This document shows, one piece after another, positions 1 to 8,346 of a DNA stretch of 56,198 bases (within the stretch, counting starts at the first letter, position 1; the number at the start of each line of letters is the position of its first letter). The translations under genes were made by a program, and so were the position numbers. Origin of the DNA: a virus (lineage: Duplodnaviria; Caudoviricetes); IMG/VR virus record IMGVR_UViG_3300009103_000041, positions 1 through 56,198 of that record; one strand, 5' to 3'. Under the pieces are notes generated by a model. That model searched no databases. It worked only from the letters and a program-made list of their open reading frames with translations, and was not told where the DNA came from.

Positions 1-1
1 T

Positions 2-24
2 AAAAACCCGCCTTTCGACGGGTT
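2..24 (-). terminator. Rho-independent terminator after gp32
   Basis: Minus strand AACCCGTC-GAAA-GGCGGGTT hairpin followed by a U-tract, just after the gp32 stop. Confidence 0.8.
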
Positions 25-31
25 CTCAAGA

Positions 32-913
32 TTAAGCTTCAGCCGCTAGTTTAGCGAAATAACTCATTGTGTCATCTTCAGCCTCAGCCTTTTGAACTGG
101 GTCAGCCGCGACAGCAACTGGGTCTGAAACAGACGGTTCATCATTGAATGGTGAATCATCTTCAGGTACAGACATTTTAACATCCTCACCCAACACTCTA
201 GTCAACTTAAGATTAAGCTCACTATAAGATTTGAATGTATCAACATCTGTAAACTCAGTAAGAGAATGCTGCTTATTATAGATATCTTCTAAAACAGCAT
301 CATCTGTATGGAGAGCTTCAGCTTTACCAAATTCAGAACGGTCATAGTTGCGGAATCCCGCTACCTGAGCAATCTTCATTTTAAAGTTGGCTCCCTTCCA
401 TAAGTCAAATGGATTAACAGCAGTTTCATCCTCATACTGTGGTTGCATGCTATTCATAATCTTTTCAAAGATTTTAGCACCATAGGTATATAGGAATACT
501 TTGCCATTGTTTTCTGGACTTTCAGGGTCAGAAACAACATAGATATTTGACACATAATGCAAACGACGCTTACGCTTACGTGCAATATCCTTATCAGCTT
601 CTATGCCTGTGTTCCATAGTTTTGAATTCATTTCGGAAACAGGGTCGTCCTTACCAATGGTTGTCAAAGATTTTTCAACATACCATTGACCAGTAGGTCC
701 TTGAAAGAAATGGTCCCAGTATTTAGCCCAAGGCAAATCATCACCTTCGACTGCCGGCAAGAAACGAATAACGGCATAACCGTTACCTGCTTTATCTACC
801 GTGGGTTTCCACATACGTTCATCAACGTATGATTTCTTTTCTGTGGTGCTTTCAGCCGCACCGACTAATGCGCTCATGTCATTAGCCTTAGCTTTTAAGT
901 CTGCAAAACTCAT
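32..913 (-). CDS. gp32: Single-stranded DNA-binding protein (T4 gp32 family)
   Basis: DERMWKP..DKAGNGYAVIRFLP, NPFDLWKGANFK, NYDRSEF, acidic C-tail. Confidence 0.97.
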   Translation of the reverse strand: MSFADLKAKANDMSALVGAAESTTEKKSYVDERMWKPTVDKAGNGYAVIRFLPAVEGDDLPWAKYWDHFFQGPTGQWYVEKSLTTIGKDDPVSEMNSKLWNTGIEADKDIARKRKRRLHYVSNIYVVSDPESPENNGKVFLYTYGAKIFEKIMNSMQPQYEDETAVNPFDLWKGANFKMKIAQVAGFRNYDRSEFGKAEALHTDDAVLEDIYNKQHSLTEFTDVDTFKSYSELNLKLTRVLGEDVKMSVPEDDSPFNDEPSVSDPVAVAADPVQKAEAEDDTMSYFAKLAAEA

Positions 914-967
914 TGTACATCTCCTTTAAATATTAGTATTAATTTATATTTCTTTGTATCATTATAT

Positions 968-996
968 ATTATAACATACTTTTCTCAAAAGTAAAC
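968..996 (-). promoter_or_regulatory. T4-type early promoter (class A) for gp32
   Basis: Minus strand GTTTAC-N17-TATAAT with extended TG; motif recurs about 13 times in the window. Confidence 0.8.
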
Positions 997-1001
997 AGCT
1001 T

Positions 1002-1574
1002 TTACTTAAAAACATCTAAAATAATTTTCCTCATTTTACTATCATCAACCTTTAGAAATGATTGGTATTTAGATATTTTTTTATATAAGTCAGGCCAAAG
1101 AATGGTCTCACTTATTTTTAAGTTGGCTTTCTCAATAAAACCTGTTAGCCTATTTACTATGCATACGGTCTCCAGGGAAACCATATCTTCCAGATAGTGG
1201 TGGATAATTTTTGGATATGTTTCTTCTATCTCCAAAAGGGTATCAAATCCATTATCTGAAATTCCTTCTAATTCATTTTTAAATAAATAAGATATACTAT
1301 CTATACGTTTTAAAAACTGGGTGTATGTATCTTCGTCCCTAATCATATCACCACTAAATTTATTACCAGCTACTTGATGAGCTGCAAAGTATAGTATTAT
1401 ATCATCTCTATTTTTAAATCTTTTTCCTATCTTAGTTAACTGAAATTTATCTGGTCTTTTCCAATATGTTTTTTCAGTTATATTTGTTTTGAAATTATAC
1501 TTAAAACAATCGTAAGTTCCATTGAAATGGAGGTTAATAGCGTGATGTAATTTGAATGCTGAATATCCATCCAT
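1002..1574 (-). CDS. gp59: Helicase loader (gp59)
   Basis: LHF..YDCFKYN N-terminus, SLET motif, position between gp33 and gp32 as in T4. Confidence 0.9.
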   Translation of the reverse strand: MDGYSAFKLHHAINLHFNGTYDCFKYNFKTNITEKTYWKRPDKFQLTKIGKRFKNRDDIILYFAAHQVAGNKFSGDMIRDEDTYTQFLKRIDSISYLFKNELEGISDNGFDTLLEIEETYPKIIHHYLEDMVSLETVCIVNRLTGFIEKANLKISETILWPDLYKKISKYQSFLKVDDSKMRKIILDVFK

Positions 1575-1807
1575 TATATTGGTAATACATAAGTTGGATT
1601 ACCACCCTGTAGTAAGTTAAGTTCCTTAGCCTCAAACTCTACATGTTGTATAATCTCTTTTGAGATAAGCTTTTTGCTATCTCTTAAATCAATTTCATTT
1701 TCTTCACATACATCTATAATGGCATCAATATATGGACAACCTTTATGTGTTCTAACATATGTTTCTACTAACCGTGAAAACGATTTTTTATTAAGGTCAT
1801 CACTCAT
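1574..1807 (-). CDS. gp33: Late transcription coactivator (gp33)
   Basis: YIDAIIDVCEENEID..KLIS..EAKELNLL; synteny. Confidence 0.9.
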   Translation of the reverse strand: MSDDLNKKSFSRLVETYVRTHKGCPYIDAIIDVCEENEIDLRDSKKLISKEIIQHVEFEAKELNLLQGGNPTYVLPI

Positions 1808-2190
1808 TTTCTAAACCCCTCATCATCATATGCCGGAGCAATTGTTTGGTGGTAGACCGGATGCTCTTCATCTTCTCCATAGAAATTAAATGGAAACATA
1901 CCATCTCTCAAATATGAATGCAAACCTCTTAGGTATGCTTGAGAAGCTGTCAATTTAGCTAATGCACCCCTTTCATTATTATGTACTGCCTTTTTTAATA
2001 TACTAATTTTCTCTTTAGTGGCTTTAATATATTGTTTTACATTTACCATAGACAACCCGTGGTCATCATCTAATGCTTGAACACTAGGCGCAATACTTTT
2101 ATATGCTGCTGGTTTTTTAGCTGCTCTTGCTTTAGCTAGATTAGCGGCCACTACTTTCTTTTGCTCTTCACTCATCTTACGTTTAACCAT
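1804..2190 (-). CDS. Hypothetical basic protein
   Basis: 128 aa ORF with SD (AGGAG), coupled to its neighbours. Confidence 0.7.
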   Translation of the reverse strand: MVKRKMSEEQKKVVAANLAKARAAKKPAAYKSIAPSVQALDDDHGLSMVNVKQYIKATKEKISILKKAVHNNERGALAKLTASQAYLRGLHSYLRDGMFPFNFYGEDEEHPVYHQTIAPAYDDEGFRK

Positions 2191-2857
2191 TATATTCTCC
2201 TTTAATCAATGGAACAAATCTTACACCTATTAATTTTTCTGTCCAAGTACCACCACCCTTTTTTCTTTTATGTATAAGGTGTAGCTTTTCATCAGAACCA
2301 AACATATTTCCACCAACGGCCTGCTTCATTGGTATAATCATTTTTCCATCAACAGCTAATTGTTCTATTAATGCTTTTGGTGGTATAAGTTCTTGTGATG
2401 TTGCAGTTACAATAATTCTGTCATAAGGTGCATGTGCTTTCCAACCCTCACAACCATCATCTAATTTTGTCTTAATATGTTTATGTTGTTCTATTGTTTG
2501 AAATAGTTTACTAGTTTTCATTGCTAGTTCTGGAACTCTTTCAACTGTATAAATCTTATTAGCTAAATAAGATAATACCGCAGCCTGATATCCAGACCCT
2601 GTACCAATTTCTAACACCTTATGATGCATCTCTACATCTAACATTTGTGTCATATATGCTACAATAAAGGGTTGGGAAATGGTTTGTTCATGACCTATTG
2701 GAAGTGGTCGGTCTGCGTATGGAACATTATTTTCGACAAAGAGATGCCTAGGGGTTTGCTCTAATGCATATTTAACCTTTTGATTAAGAGGACCTCCATA
2801 CTTTAGGAAGTGCTCATTAACCGTGTTAATCATTTCATCTAACTGTTCTTTATACAT
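2183..2857 (-). CDS. pcm: Protein-L-isoaspartate O-methyltransferase (PIMT)
   Basis: TISQP, VLEIGTGSGY, APYDRIIVTA and VRFVPL motifs. Confidence 0.95.
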   Translation of the reverse strand: MYKEQLDEMINTVNEHFLKYGGPLNQKVKYALEQTPRHLFVENNVPYADRPLPIGHEQTISQPFIVAYMTQMLDVEMHHKVLEIGTGSGYQAAVLSYLANKIYTVERVPELAMKTSKLFQTIEQHKHIKTKLDDGCEGWKAHAPYDRIIVTATSQELIPPKALIEQLAVDGKMIIPMKQAVGGNMFGSDEKLHLIHKRKKGGGTWTEKLIGVRFVPLIKGEYNG

Positions 2858-2872
2858 TATATAAGTGTTAAA

Positions 2873-3121
2873 TTATCCTTTATAAATTTTTAATATTTGA
2901 CCTTCAAATGCTTCTACCTTGTCAACTCTATTAGGCCATTTAATATATTCTTTTTCAGGATTAGCCTTAAGGTTATTGAGCAATGGTGTGATAGCATTAT
3001 ATAAGTTGTCTAATTTAGTTTGTGCGCTTGCTGCTGATGCTGATGACGTTGCTACTTCTTTAGCTACATCTAATTCATCTTCATCTACTAGCGTAAAACC
3101 AAAATCAAAATCTACTGCCAT
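2873..3121 (-). CDS. Hypothetical phage protein
   Basis: FDFGF N-terminus, KEYIKWPNR; SD present. Confidence 0.75.
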   Translation of the reverse strand: MAVDFDFGFTLVDEDELDVAKEVATSSASAASAQTKLDNLYNAITPLLNNLKANPEKEYIKWPNRVDKVEAFEGQILKIYKG

Positions 3122-3125
3122 TTTT

Positions 3126-3368
3126 TTACTCCGTTAATAATTGTTTAATTCCTAGTGTCCAGTTTTCTGCTGCATCCTCAACGTAGCTTAAAGATTTATA
3201 TTTAAAATCTTCAGTTGTTATTCGCAAACCGGAGGCGTCCTTATATGTTATTGAAAAAAATGAATGTTCACCATCCATTCCATTTATAACTTGATATATC
3301 TTAGCGACACTACCATCATCTTTGTAGTATTCACCCATCAATTTTCTGTGATTCATTACTGCGTCCAT
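3126..3368 (-). CDS. Hypothetical phage protein
   Basis: ORF directly behind an early promoter; EDAAENW C-terminal motif. Confidence 0.75.
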   Translation of the reverse strand: MDAVMNHRKLMGEYYKDDGSVAKIYQVINGMDGEHSFFSITYKDASGLRITTEDFKYKSLSYVEDAAENWTLGIKQLLTE

Positions 3369-3390
3369 AATATTTCCTTTGATTAATACT

Positions 3391-3420
3391 ATTATATCAT
3401 AGTTTGGTATAAATGTAAAT
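3391..3420 (-). promoter_or_regulatory. Early promoter (class A)
   Basis: TTTACA-N17-TATAAT with TGn extension. Confidence 0.75.
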
Positions 3421-3430
3421 AGTATTCATA

Positions 3431-3466
3431 AAATAAAAAGGGGACTTACATAAATGCAAATCCCCT
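3431..3466 (-). terminator. Rho-independent terminator after the porin-like gene
   Basis: GGGGATTTGCA-TTTA-TGTAAGTCCCC hairpin then TTTTTATTT. Confidence 0.8.
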
Positions 3467-3491
3467 GAAGTTACTTAATAGTTAAGTTCCT

Positions 3492-4244
3492 TTAAAATGC
3501 TAAACTAGCTTTAAGAGTAGTAACACCATCTGCGCTTCCTACTTTTTCCCACTCGCCTGTCCAGATACCACGTGTTAAACTAAATGTTTTAGTTGTAACA
3601 CCAGCGCCTGTCTTAGACATTTCAGCTTTAACTGTACCTAAACCTTCTAAAGCTTTAGATACTGAACCGCCGTTTTCCGAGGTGCCATCTGCATTTGAAT
3701 CGTGATTAGCACTTAGGGTTAACCCTGCAAGTGTAGTCGCGATTGTTGTATCAATATTATTACCTGCTGTAACTTTGTTATGCACAACTGTAGCTTTAAC
3801 ACCGGCTACTTCATAAGTTGCTGTTGTTTCCCTTTCGGAATTTGTAACATCAGTCACATTAAATGTAATACCTGCAAGTGCGCCACCAACATTAAGTTCG
3901 GTACTTTCACCTGAGTCTTGACTAAGTCCTACTGTAAATCCACCTGATGTTGCTGTAACACCGATAGATACTACATCTGGGTCATCCCCAGAGGAATCAC
4001 CTAACTTAAATGTTAGAGGACCAGTAGTAGTTTCAACATACATATCATGTATATCAAAAGCGCCATCCAAAACCACAGTAACTGTGGAACTTCCAGATGT
4101 GCCTTTCATAGTAGTGGTTATATCTTGGGTATATGCACCGTGTGAATCTAGTGTACCCTCGTACAAACCCGAAAGACTAATACCAGCAAACGAAGTTGCG
4201 GATATTGCCATTGCCGCCGTCGCGACTAGTAGTTTTTTAAACAT
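3492..4244 (-). CDS. Porin-like outer-membrane beta-barrel protein
   Basis: Sec signal peptide (MFKKLLVATAAMAISATSFA), alternating beta-strand pattern rich in G/T/S, C-terminal Phe beta-signal (LKASLAF). Confidence 0.7.
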   Translation of the reverse strand: MFKKLLVATAAMAISATSFAGISLSGLYEGTLDSHGAYTQDITTTMKGTSGSSTVTVVLDGAFDIHDMYVETTTGPLTFKLGDSSGDDPDVVSIGVTATSGGFTVGLSQDSGESTELNVGGALAGITFNVTDVTNSERETTATYEVAGVKATVVHNKVTAGNNIDTTIATTLAGLTLSANHDSNADGTSENGGSVSKALEGLGTVKAEMSKTGAGVTTKTFSLTRGIWTGEWEKVGSADGVTTLKASLAF

Positions 4245-4299
4245 ATGTTTTCCTTTTTTATTTTTTAAAAAATATCCTTTTTATAGTAGGGATTAGCTA

Positions 4300-4617
4300 C
4301 TAGGAATTATTTATATACTTTCTATATAAACCTTCCTCTTTTTCATAAGCTTCATTTTCATCAAGCTCACGATTTTCGTGTAATTGGAGAACGTGTACCA
4401 TTTCATGGCATACCGTTATGATGGTTTCTTTAAACCCAAGACGTGTATCTATTTCAATATCATATTCATCATCCTCAGCGGAATCAGTGGTCCAACCTTT
4501 AACATTATCTTCTGATATATCTTCCCGCTCAACAGATACTAAAACATCCTGCGGAATATTTAATTCCTTTTTACAAAAATCAACAATATCTTCTAGTAAC
4601 GCCATAGTTACCTCCAC
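4300..4617 (-). CDS. Small zincin-like metalloprotein (HExxH)
   Basis: CHEMVHVLQ plus downstream ENEAY. Confidence 0.6.
   Translation of the reverse strand: MEVTMALLEDIVDFCKKELNIPQDVLVSVEREDISEDNVKGWTTDSAEDDEYDIEIDTRLGFKETIITVCHEMVHVLQLHENRELDENEAYEKEEGLYRKYINNS
4308..4315 (-). promoter_or_regulatory. T4 late (gp55) promoter for the porin-like gene
   Basis: Exact TATAAATA 64 nt upstream of the ATG. Confidence 0.65.
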
Positions 4618-4651
4618 TATATCTCCTCAATGTGATATAGTTTTATTTATA

Positions 4652-4873
4652 TTATCTATTCATTAGACACTCACCATTCGCGACAGAATCACCATAGCCT
4701 GTAAGGTATTCCTCATGCCATCTTTCAACAACAATATTACCCTTACATTCTTCAGGCATTTCTTGTGGATTTTCACATTCACGGTTTGCTATCCAACCCG
4801 CAACATAAAAACGTGATTTACCACGCAAATGCTCAGTTTCTTCAGCCTTATTAGTCACTAAATTAACCGCCAT
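4652..4873 (-). CDS. Hypothetical protein
   Basis: ORF with SD (AGGAG), adjacent to the upstream stop. Confidence 0.65.
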   Translation of the reverse strand: MAVNLVTNKAEETEHLRGKSRFYVAGWIANRECENPQEMPEECKGNIVVERWHEEYLTGYGDSVANGECLMNR

Positions 4874-5473
4874 TTATTCTCCTGTAATAATATTATAAAT
4901 TTCTTTCCATGTCTTGACTCTTTTAAAATCAACACAATCTTTATTCCAATGGTGGTCCATTAGAATTCCATCAAGTCCAGCAACCTCTCCCATTTCAAGG
5001 TTTGCTACTTTGTCCTCAATCCAAAAACATTCGGTGCCTTCCCATTTAGCAAGGACTTTGTCTTTGTTTTGTCCGGTCTTAAGTATAGTAAATCCATCAA
5101 AAACATCTCCAAAGACATTTCTTAAGTTTTCCTTACGGTACTTTTGAGCGGTTGGGTCATCACTTTGTGAAGTAATAATATGGAATATATATCCATGCTC
5201 CTCATGTAATTTACGGACATATTTAACTGCATCTCGTAATGGAGATAATTTTCTCATCATTTCAGATTCATTAAATTCTTTAATTATTAAAGCGCTATCT
5301 TTCCAAGGAATTTCTAAAGCTTTGGCAACACTGTATATACTTTGCTTTTGCTCTAATCCATGAGTCTCAAGAACCCATTTATAGAAATGGTATTCCCAAT
5401 CTAATAGAACTCCATCGCAATCAGTTAATATAACTTTGTCCCTAACACTTCTTAAAATTTTACTTTCGCGCAT
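4874..5473 (-). CDS. HAD-family 5'(3')-deoxyribonucleotidase-like protein (T4 30.2-like)
   Basis: TDCDGVLLDW motif I, WIED motif IV. Confidence 0.8.
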   Translation of the reverse strand: MRESKILRSVRDKVILTDCDGVLLDWEYHFYKWVLETHGLEQKQSIYSVAKALEIPWKDSALIIKEFNESEMMRKLSPLRDAVKYVRKLHEEHGYIFHIITSQSDDPTAQKYRKENLRNVFGDVFDGFTILKTGQNKDKVLAKWEGTECFWIEDKVANLEMGEVAGLDGILMDHHWNKDCVDFKRVKTWKEIYNIITGE

Positions 5474-5696
5474 ATTTACTTCTCCTTGCTAATTCCATAT
5501 CTGCAATATCCATCATATCCCAAGCTTCTTTTGGAAGGTCTTCATATTTACATCCCATGCTTTTTTCTAAATCTGGTTTAATCAATTCGTCTTGGTCTAA
5601 AAAAGGATGGAAACCTTTTGCGTCAAGCCAGAGTCTGCAAGACCTAAGACGAATACCTTCTAAATCATAAATCGTTTTACGTTGTGCCCATCTCAT
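5460..5696 (-). CDS. Hypothetical protein
   Basis: 78 aa ORF with SD (GGAGG), overlapping neighbours. Confidence 0.6.
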   Translation of the reverse strand: MRWAQRKTIYDLEGIRLRSCRLWLDAKGFHPFLDQDELIKPDLEKSMGCKYEDLPKEAWDMMDIADMELARRSKYARK

Positions 5697-6207
5697 TCCC
5701 GCCTCCTATTTTATTTGTTGGCCAAGTAATTTCATACTCAGCAAATAGCCCAGCATTATATCCATTTATTGTATCAAAATTAACTGGACCAGTTGTGTTT
5801 TTCCAACGGAATGAACCTCCATGTGCATTGTCATCTAATTTGGCTCGTTTAAAAAATACTTTTTCTGGAATGATTGATACTCTTCCATTAAGCATATCAA
5901 CAATAGCTATATAATCACACTTACCCTTTTTAACTAATAAACCACCAACAGAAAAATCACCGGTTTTAGCTGAGCCTGTGGTTTTTACTTCATAGGTTTC
6001 ACCACCCTCACCAATAACATCATAGCCAGGACCATGCCTAATAGAACCATTGGTCATAGTACGAATAATCCTTTCACCATTTGCGGCAATCATATGACGA
6101 ATTATGTCATCATTTTTAGACATATTATTTTCATCATTATTATTAATATAATAATTAGCTTGGTCTCTGAGTTGAGCCTCAGTTAAGCTTGTTAATACTG
6201 AGGTCAT
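5677..6207 (-). CDS. Putative PD-(D/E)XK restriction-endonuclease-fold protein
   Basis: GPGYDV...YEVKT motif; start reassigned to 6207 (ATGA overlap with the upstream micro-ORF). Confidence 0.55.
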   Translation of the reverse strand: MTSVLTSLTEAQLRDQANYYINNNDENNMSKNDDIIRHMIAANGERIIRTMTNGSIRHGPGYDVIGEGGETYEVKTTGSAKTGDFSVGGLLVKKGKCDYIAIVDMLNGRVSIIPEKVFFKRAKLDDNAHGGSFRWKNTTGPVNFDTINGYNAGLFAEYEITWPTNKIGGGNEMGTT

Positions 6208-6290
6208 GAAAGAATCCTTAATATTGCCCAACTCCAAACCCATGCATTAATGATTACTAATGCGACTACAAATAAATTTTCAATTGTCAT
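6204..6290 (-). CDS. 28-aa membrane peptide MTIENLFVVALVIINAWVWSWAILRILS
   Basis: Not in the ORF track; SD GGAGG, TAATG overlap upstream and ATGA overlap downstream. Confidence 0.6.
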   Translation of the reverse strand: MTIENLFVVALVIINAWVWSWAILRILS

Positions 6291-6352
6291 TAGACCTCCG
6301 TAATAATAATAACTAAAAATTGCAATAAAACAATTAGAACTGCTGTTTCCAT
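6290..6352 (-). CDS. 20-aa hydrophobic peptide METAVLIVLLQFLVIIITEV
   Basis: Not in the ORF track; SD GGAGG and TAATG overlaps on both sides. Confidence 0.55.
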   Translation of the reverse strand: METAVLIVLLQFLVIIITEV

Positions 6353-6627
6353 TATGGCCTCCCTAAATGTAATTCATCATCATTGTCATAATATATTGCA
6401 AATGTATCAGCAGCAAATTTATGACAAAAGGATTGAGGTCTAGTATAACCAGGTTTACTTGCACCTCTATATTTAATTCGCCTATTTTTAACAGGTAACA
6501 TACGGGTTACCCAACGGAAATGCTCCATTGGTATTCCCTTGAAGGTACTAGTTTCATAAGTAGGACTCTTATAAAGAGATAGGAATGCTTCATCTATACC
6601 ATCTAAGTCTAAATAAATAGTTTTCAT
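6352..6627 (-). CDS. Hypothetical protein
   Basis: ORF coupled by TAATG; SD GAGG. Confidence 0.65.
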   Translation of the reverse strand: MKTIYLDLDGIDEAFLSLYKSPTYETSTFKGIPMEHFRWVTRMLPVKNRRIKYRGASKPGYTRPQSFCHKFAADTFAIYYDNDDELHLGRP

Positions 6628-6884
6628 TATACCACCTCAATCATATTCATTGGTACAGTCCATCGTTGGTCATTTTTAAATTCACGACAAACAGCTTTTG
6701 TATGATTAATTTTTTCAACCACTCCATTGTGACCGGCAAACCAAACTTCTACGCCAACCCTTAAATTTAATTTTTTAGCGTGAGCTAATTTTTTACGTTG
6801 TAATTTGACGATTGGACCGATTTCATTTAATTCATCATTATCCATTTCACCAATTAATTTTGCTAATTTTTCAATTTTTTTCAT
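6627..6884 (-). CDS. Hypothetical protein with SH3/KOW-like C-terminus
   Basis: Likely start MKKIEK at 6884 (AGGA upstream); LRVGVEVWF..GVVEKIN..WTVP pattern. Confidence 0.6.
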   Translation of the reverse strand: MKKIEKLAKLIGEMDNDELNEIGPIVKLQRKKLAHAKKLNLRVGVEVWFAGHNGVVEKINHTKAVCREFKNDQRWTVPMNMIEVV

Positions 6885-6898
6885 AATATATTTTTTTC

Positions 6899-7189
6899 CT
6901 ATTGTGATAATAAATATTTTCTTGAGTATGTGGATAAGCACCAAACTAAATCCAAATCACACTTAAGACCAACTGAATAATCATCTAAGACAACATCAGT
7001 AACTATGCCATATTTTTGCAAGTGTTTGACTTCACTTAATTTGACACCACTTTGTTGAAGTATAGAACGAACTGTTTCTCGTCTAGTATCCCAACCACTA
7101 TATGAAACATGAAGGCTTTTTTTATCCCTTGATGTCCATTGGTAATCAGAGCGATCGACAACTTTGTGTATTATATCTGTTATATGCAT
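6899..7189 (-). CDS. Hypothetical early protein
   Basis: 96 aa ORF in the operon behind the class B promoter. Confidence 0.6.
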   Translation of the reverse strand: MHITDIIHKVVDRSDYQWTSRDKKSLHVSYSGWDTRRETVRSILQQSGVKLSEVKHLQKYGIVTDVVLDDYSVGLKCDLDLVWCLSTYSRKYLLSQ

Positions 7190-7190
7190 T

Positions 7191-7265
7191 TTAAAATTTT
7201 CCTAATGAAACGTGTATTAATAAATTAACTAATAAAACTAAAAAAACTAATATTTCACTTTCCAT
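7191..7265 (-). CDS. 24-aa membrane peptide MESEILVFLVLLVNLLIHVSLGKF
   Basis: Not in the ORF track; first ORF after the promoter, AAGGG SD-like site, stop abuts the next ATG. Confidence 0.5.
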   Translation of the reverse strand: MESEILVFLVLLVNLLIHVSLGKF

Positions 7266-7294
7266 TTTTTGACCCTTTTTTATTATAATATAGA

Positions 7295-7404
7295 TATTAT
7301 ATCATACTTTTGGCGGTTTAGGAGAGTATTTTCAATAAGAATACTAACGGACCATGTTGCTGCAACAACATGAACCGTTAACTGAAGTATATTGTCTGCT
7401 AATT
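7295..7404 (-). repeat. Promoter/stem-loop cassette, copy 1 (class B promoter)
   Basis: Near-identical to 49251-49338: GCAGACAATATACTTCAG, TAACGG..CCGTTA hairpin, AAAATACTCTCCTAA-N11-TATGATATAAT. Confidence 0.9.
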
Positions 7405-7409
7405 TCCCC

Positions 7410-8066
7410 CTAAGAATTGTATTCTCGTATACATTTAAGGAGTTCTTTATCCCAATTATCCCTATGTTCTATAAAGACTTGAGCTGGAGCATCATCTACA
7501 GATATGATTGTTACTAATTGTGTAATTGGTTGTCCAGTTCTCTCTTCCCAGGCAATAGCATAAAAGCATTCTTGCATAAAGTAACTGTCAATCCATTCTT
7601 TCTTTTTTGTCTTACGGCTTGTTTTATAGTCTATAATAGATAATTTGCCATCAAACTCTGCTACGCAATCAACCCTGCCTGCTACTCCTAAGTAGTCAGA
7701 ATATAATGGTAATTCTTGTCCATAGACCGTACCAATACGTTCATCTAATATATTTTTAATTCTATTAAAATCAAATAAGATATTAGGCATTGCATCCTTT
7801 GCATAATCTGGGTGATTGTTAACATACATCTCACACATGGCATGAACCGCAGTTCCTCTTCTTGCCGCTTGACTTGAAATTCTATTTGCTTCCTCATGAC
7901 CAATTCTATCACGCCAAGCCATTATGGCGGCTTTACTTCTTTGGCCAAGGATTGTTGTTATTGAAGAGTATTTTTTACCATCGGGTGTGGTATATTTTCT
8001 TCCGCTTTTTTTGGTTACTGCTTTGAGGTCTTTATATCCTAAGTCAACTGGTTCGTGTTTAAACAT
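7410..8066 (-). CDS. PD-(D/E)XK exonuclease of T4-like phages
   Basis: SITTIL, RGTAVH, AGRVDC, IIDYKTS, YFMQ...YA motifs. Confidence 0.85.
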   Translation of the reverse strand: MFKHEPVDLGYKDLKAVTKKSGRKYTTPDGKKYSSITTILGQRSKAAIMAWRDRIGHEEANRISSQAARRGTAVHAMCEMYVNNHPDYAKDAMPNILFDFNRIKNILDERIGTVYGQELPLYSDYLGVAGRVDCVAEFDGKLSIIDYKTSRKTKKKEWIDSYFMQECFYAIAWEERTGQPITQLVTIISVDDAPAQVFIEHRDNWDKELLKCIREYNS

Positions 8067-8346
8067 TTCCAGTTGCTAAATATTTTAAAGAATGCATAAG
8101 TATTCCATGAAGATAAATCCCAGTAGCTAATGCGTTAATAACTATAAGTGCTCTATCATGCCACATCATACCTACAATAAACCAACCAGTAGTACCAAGA
8201 CCAGCAAATAGAATATTCCACGGATGCATATCAAAATTTGCTGTCATAACCATACTAATAAGAAGTAATACACTTGATAACCATTTTATATACCAAGTTG
8301 CATCAAATCTTGGTGTGATTTTATTTATTTCAATCTTTTTCCACAT
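8059..8346 (-). CDS. Small multi-pass membrane protein (DUF6552-like)
   Basis: WYIKW, PWNI, GW..VG..WHDRALI; three hydrophobic segments. Confidence 0.65.
   Translation of the reverse strand: MWKKIEINKITPRFDATWYIKWLSSVLLLISMVMTANFDMHPWNILFAGLGTTGWFIVGMMWHDRALIVINALATGIYLHGILMHSLKYLATGNV

Noticed and set aside
6884-6944. Programmed frameshift between the ORFs at 6899-7189 and 6627-6944
   Set aside because: The overlap disappears if the downstream gene starts at ATG 6884, which has an AGGA upstream
7295-7404. CRISPR array or transposon end
   Set aside because: Only two to three dispersed copies, no repeat-spacer periodicity and no transposase; it fits a promoter cassette
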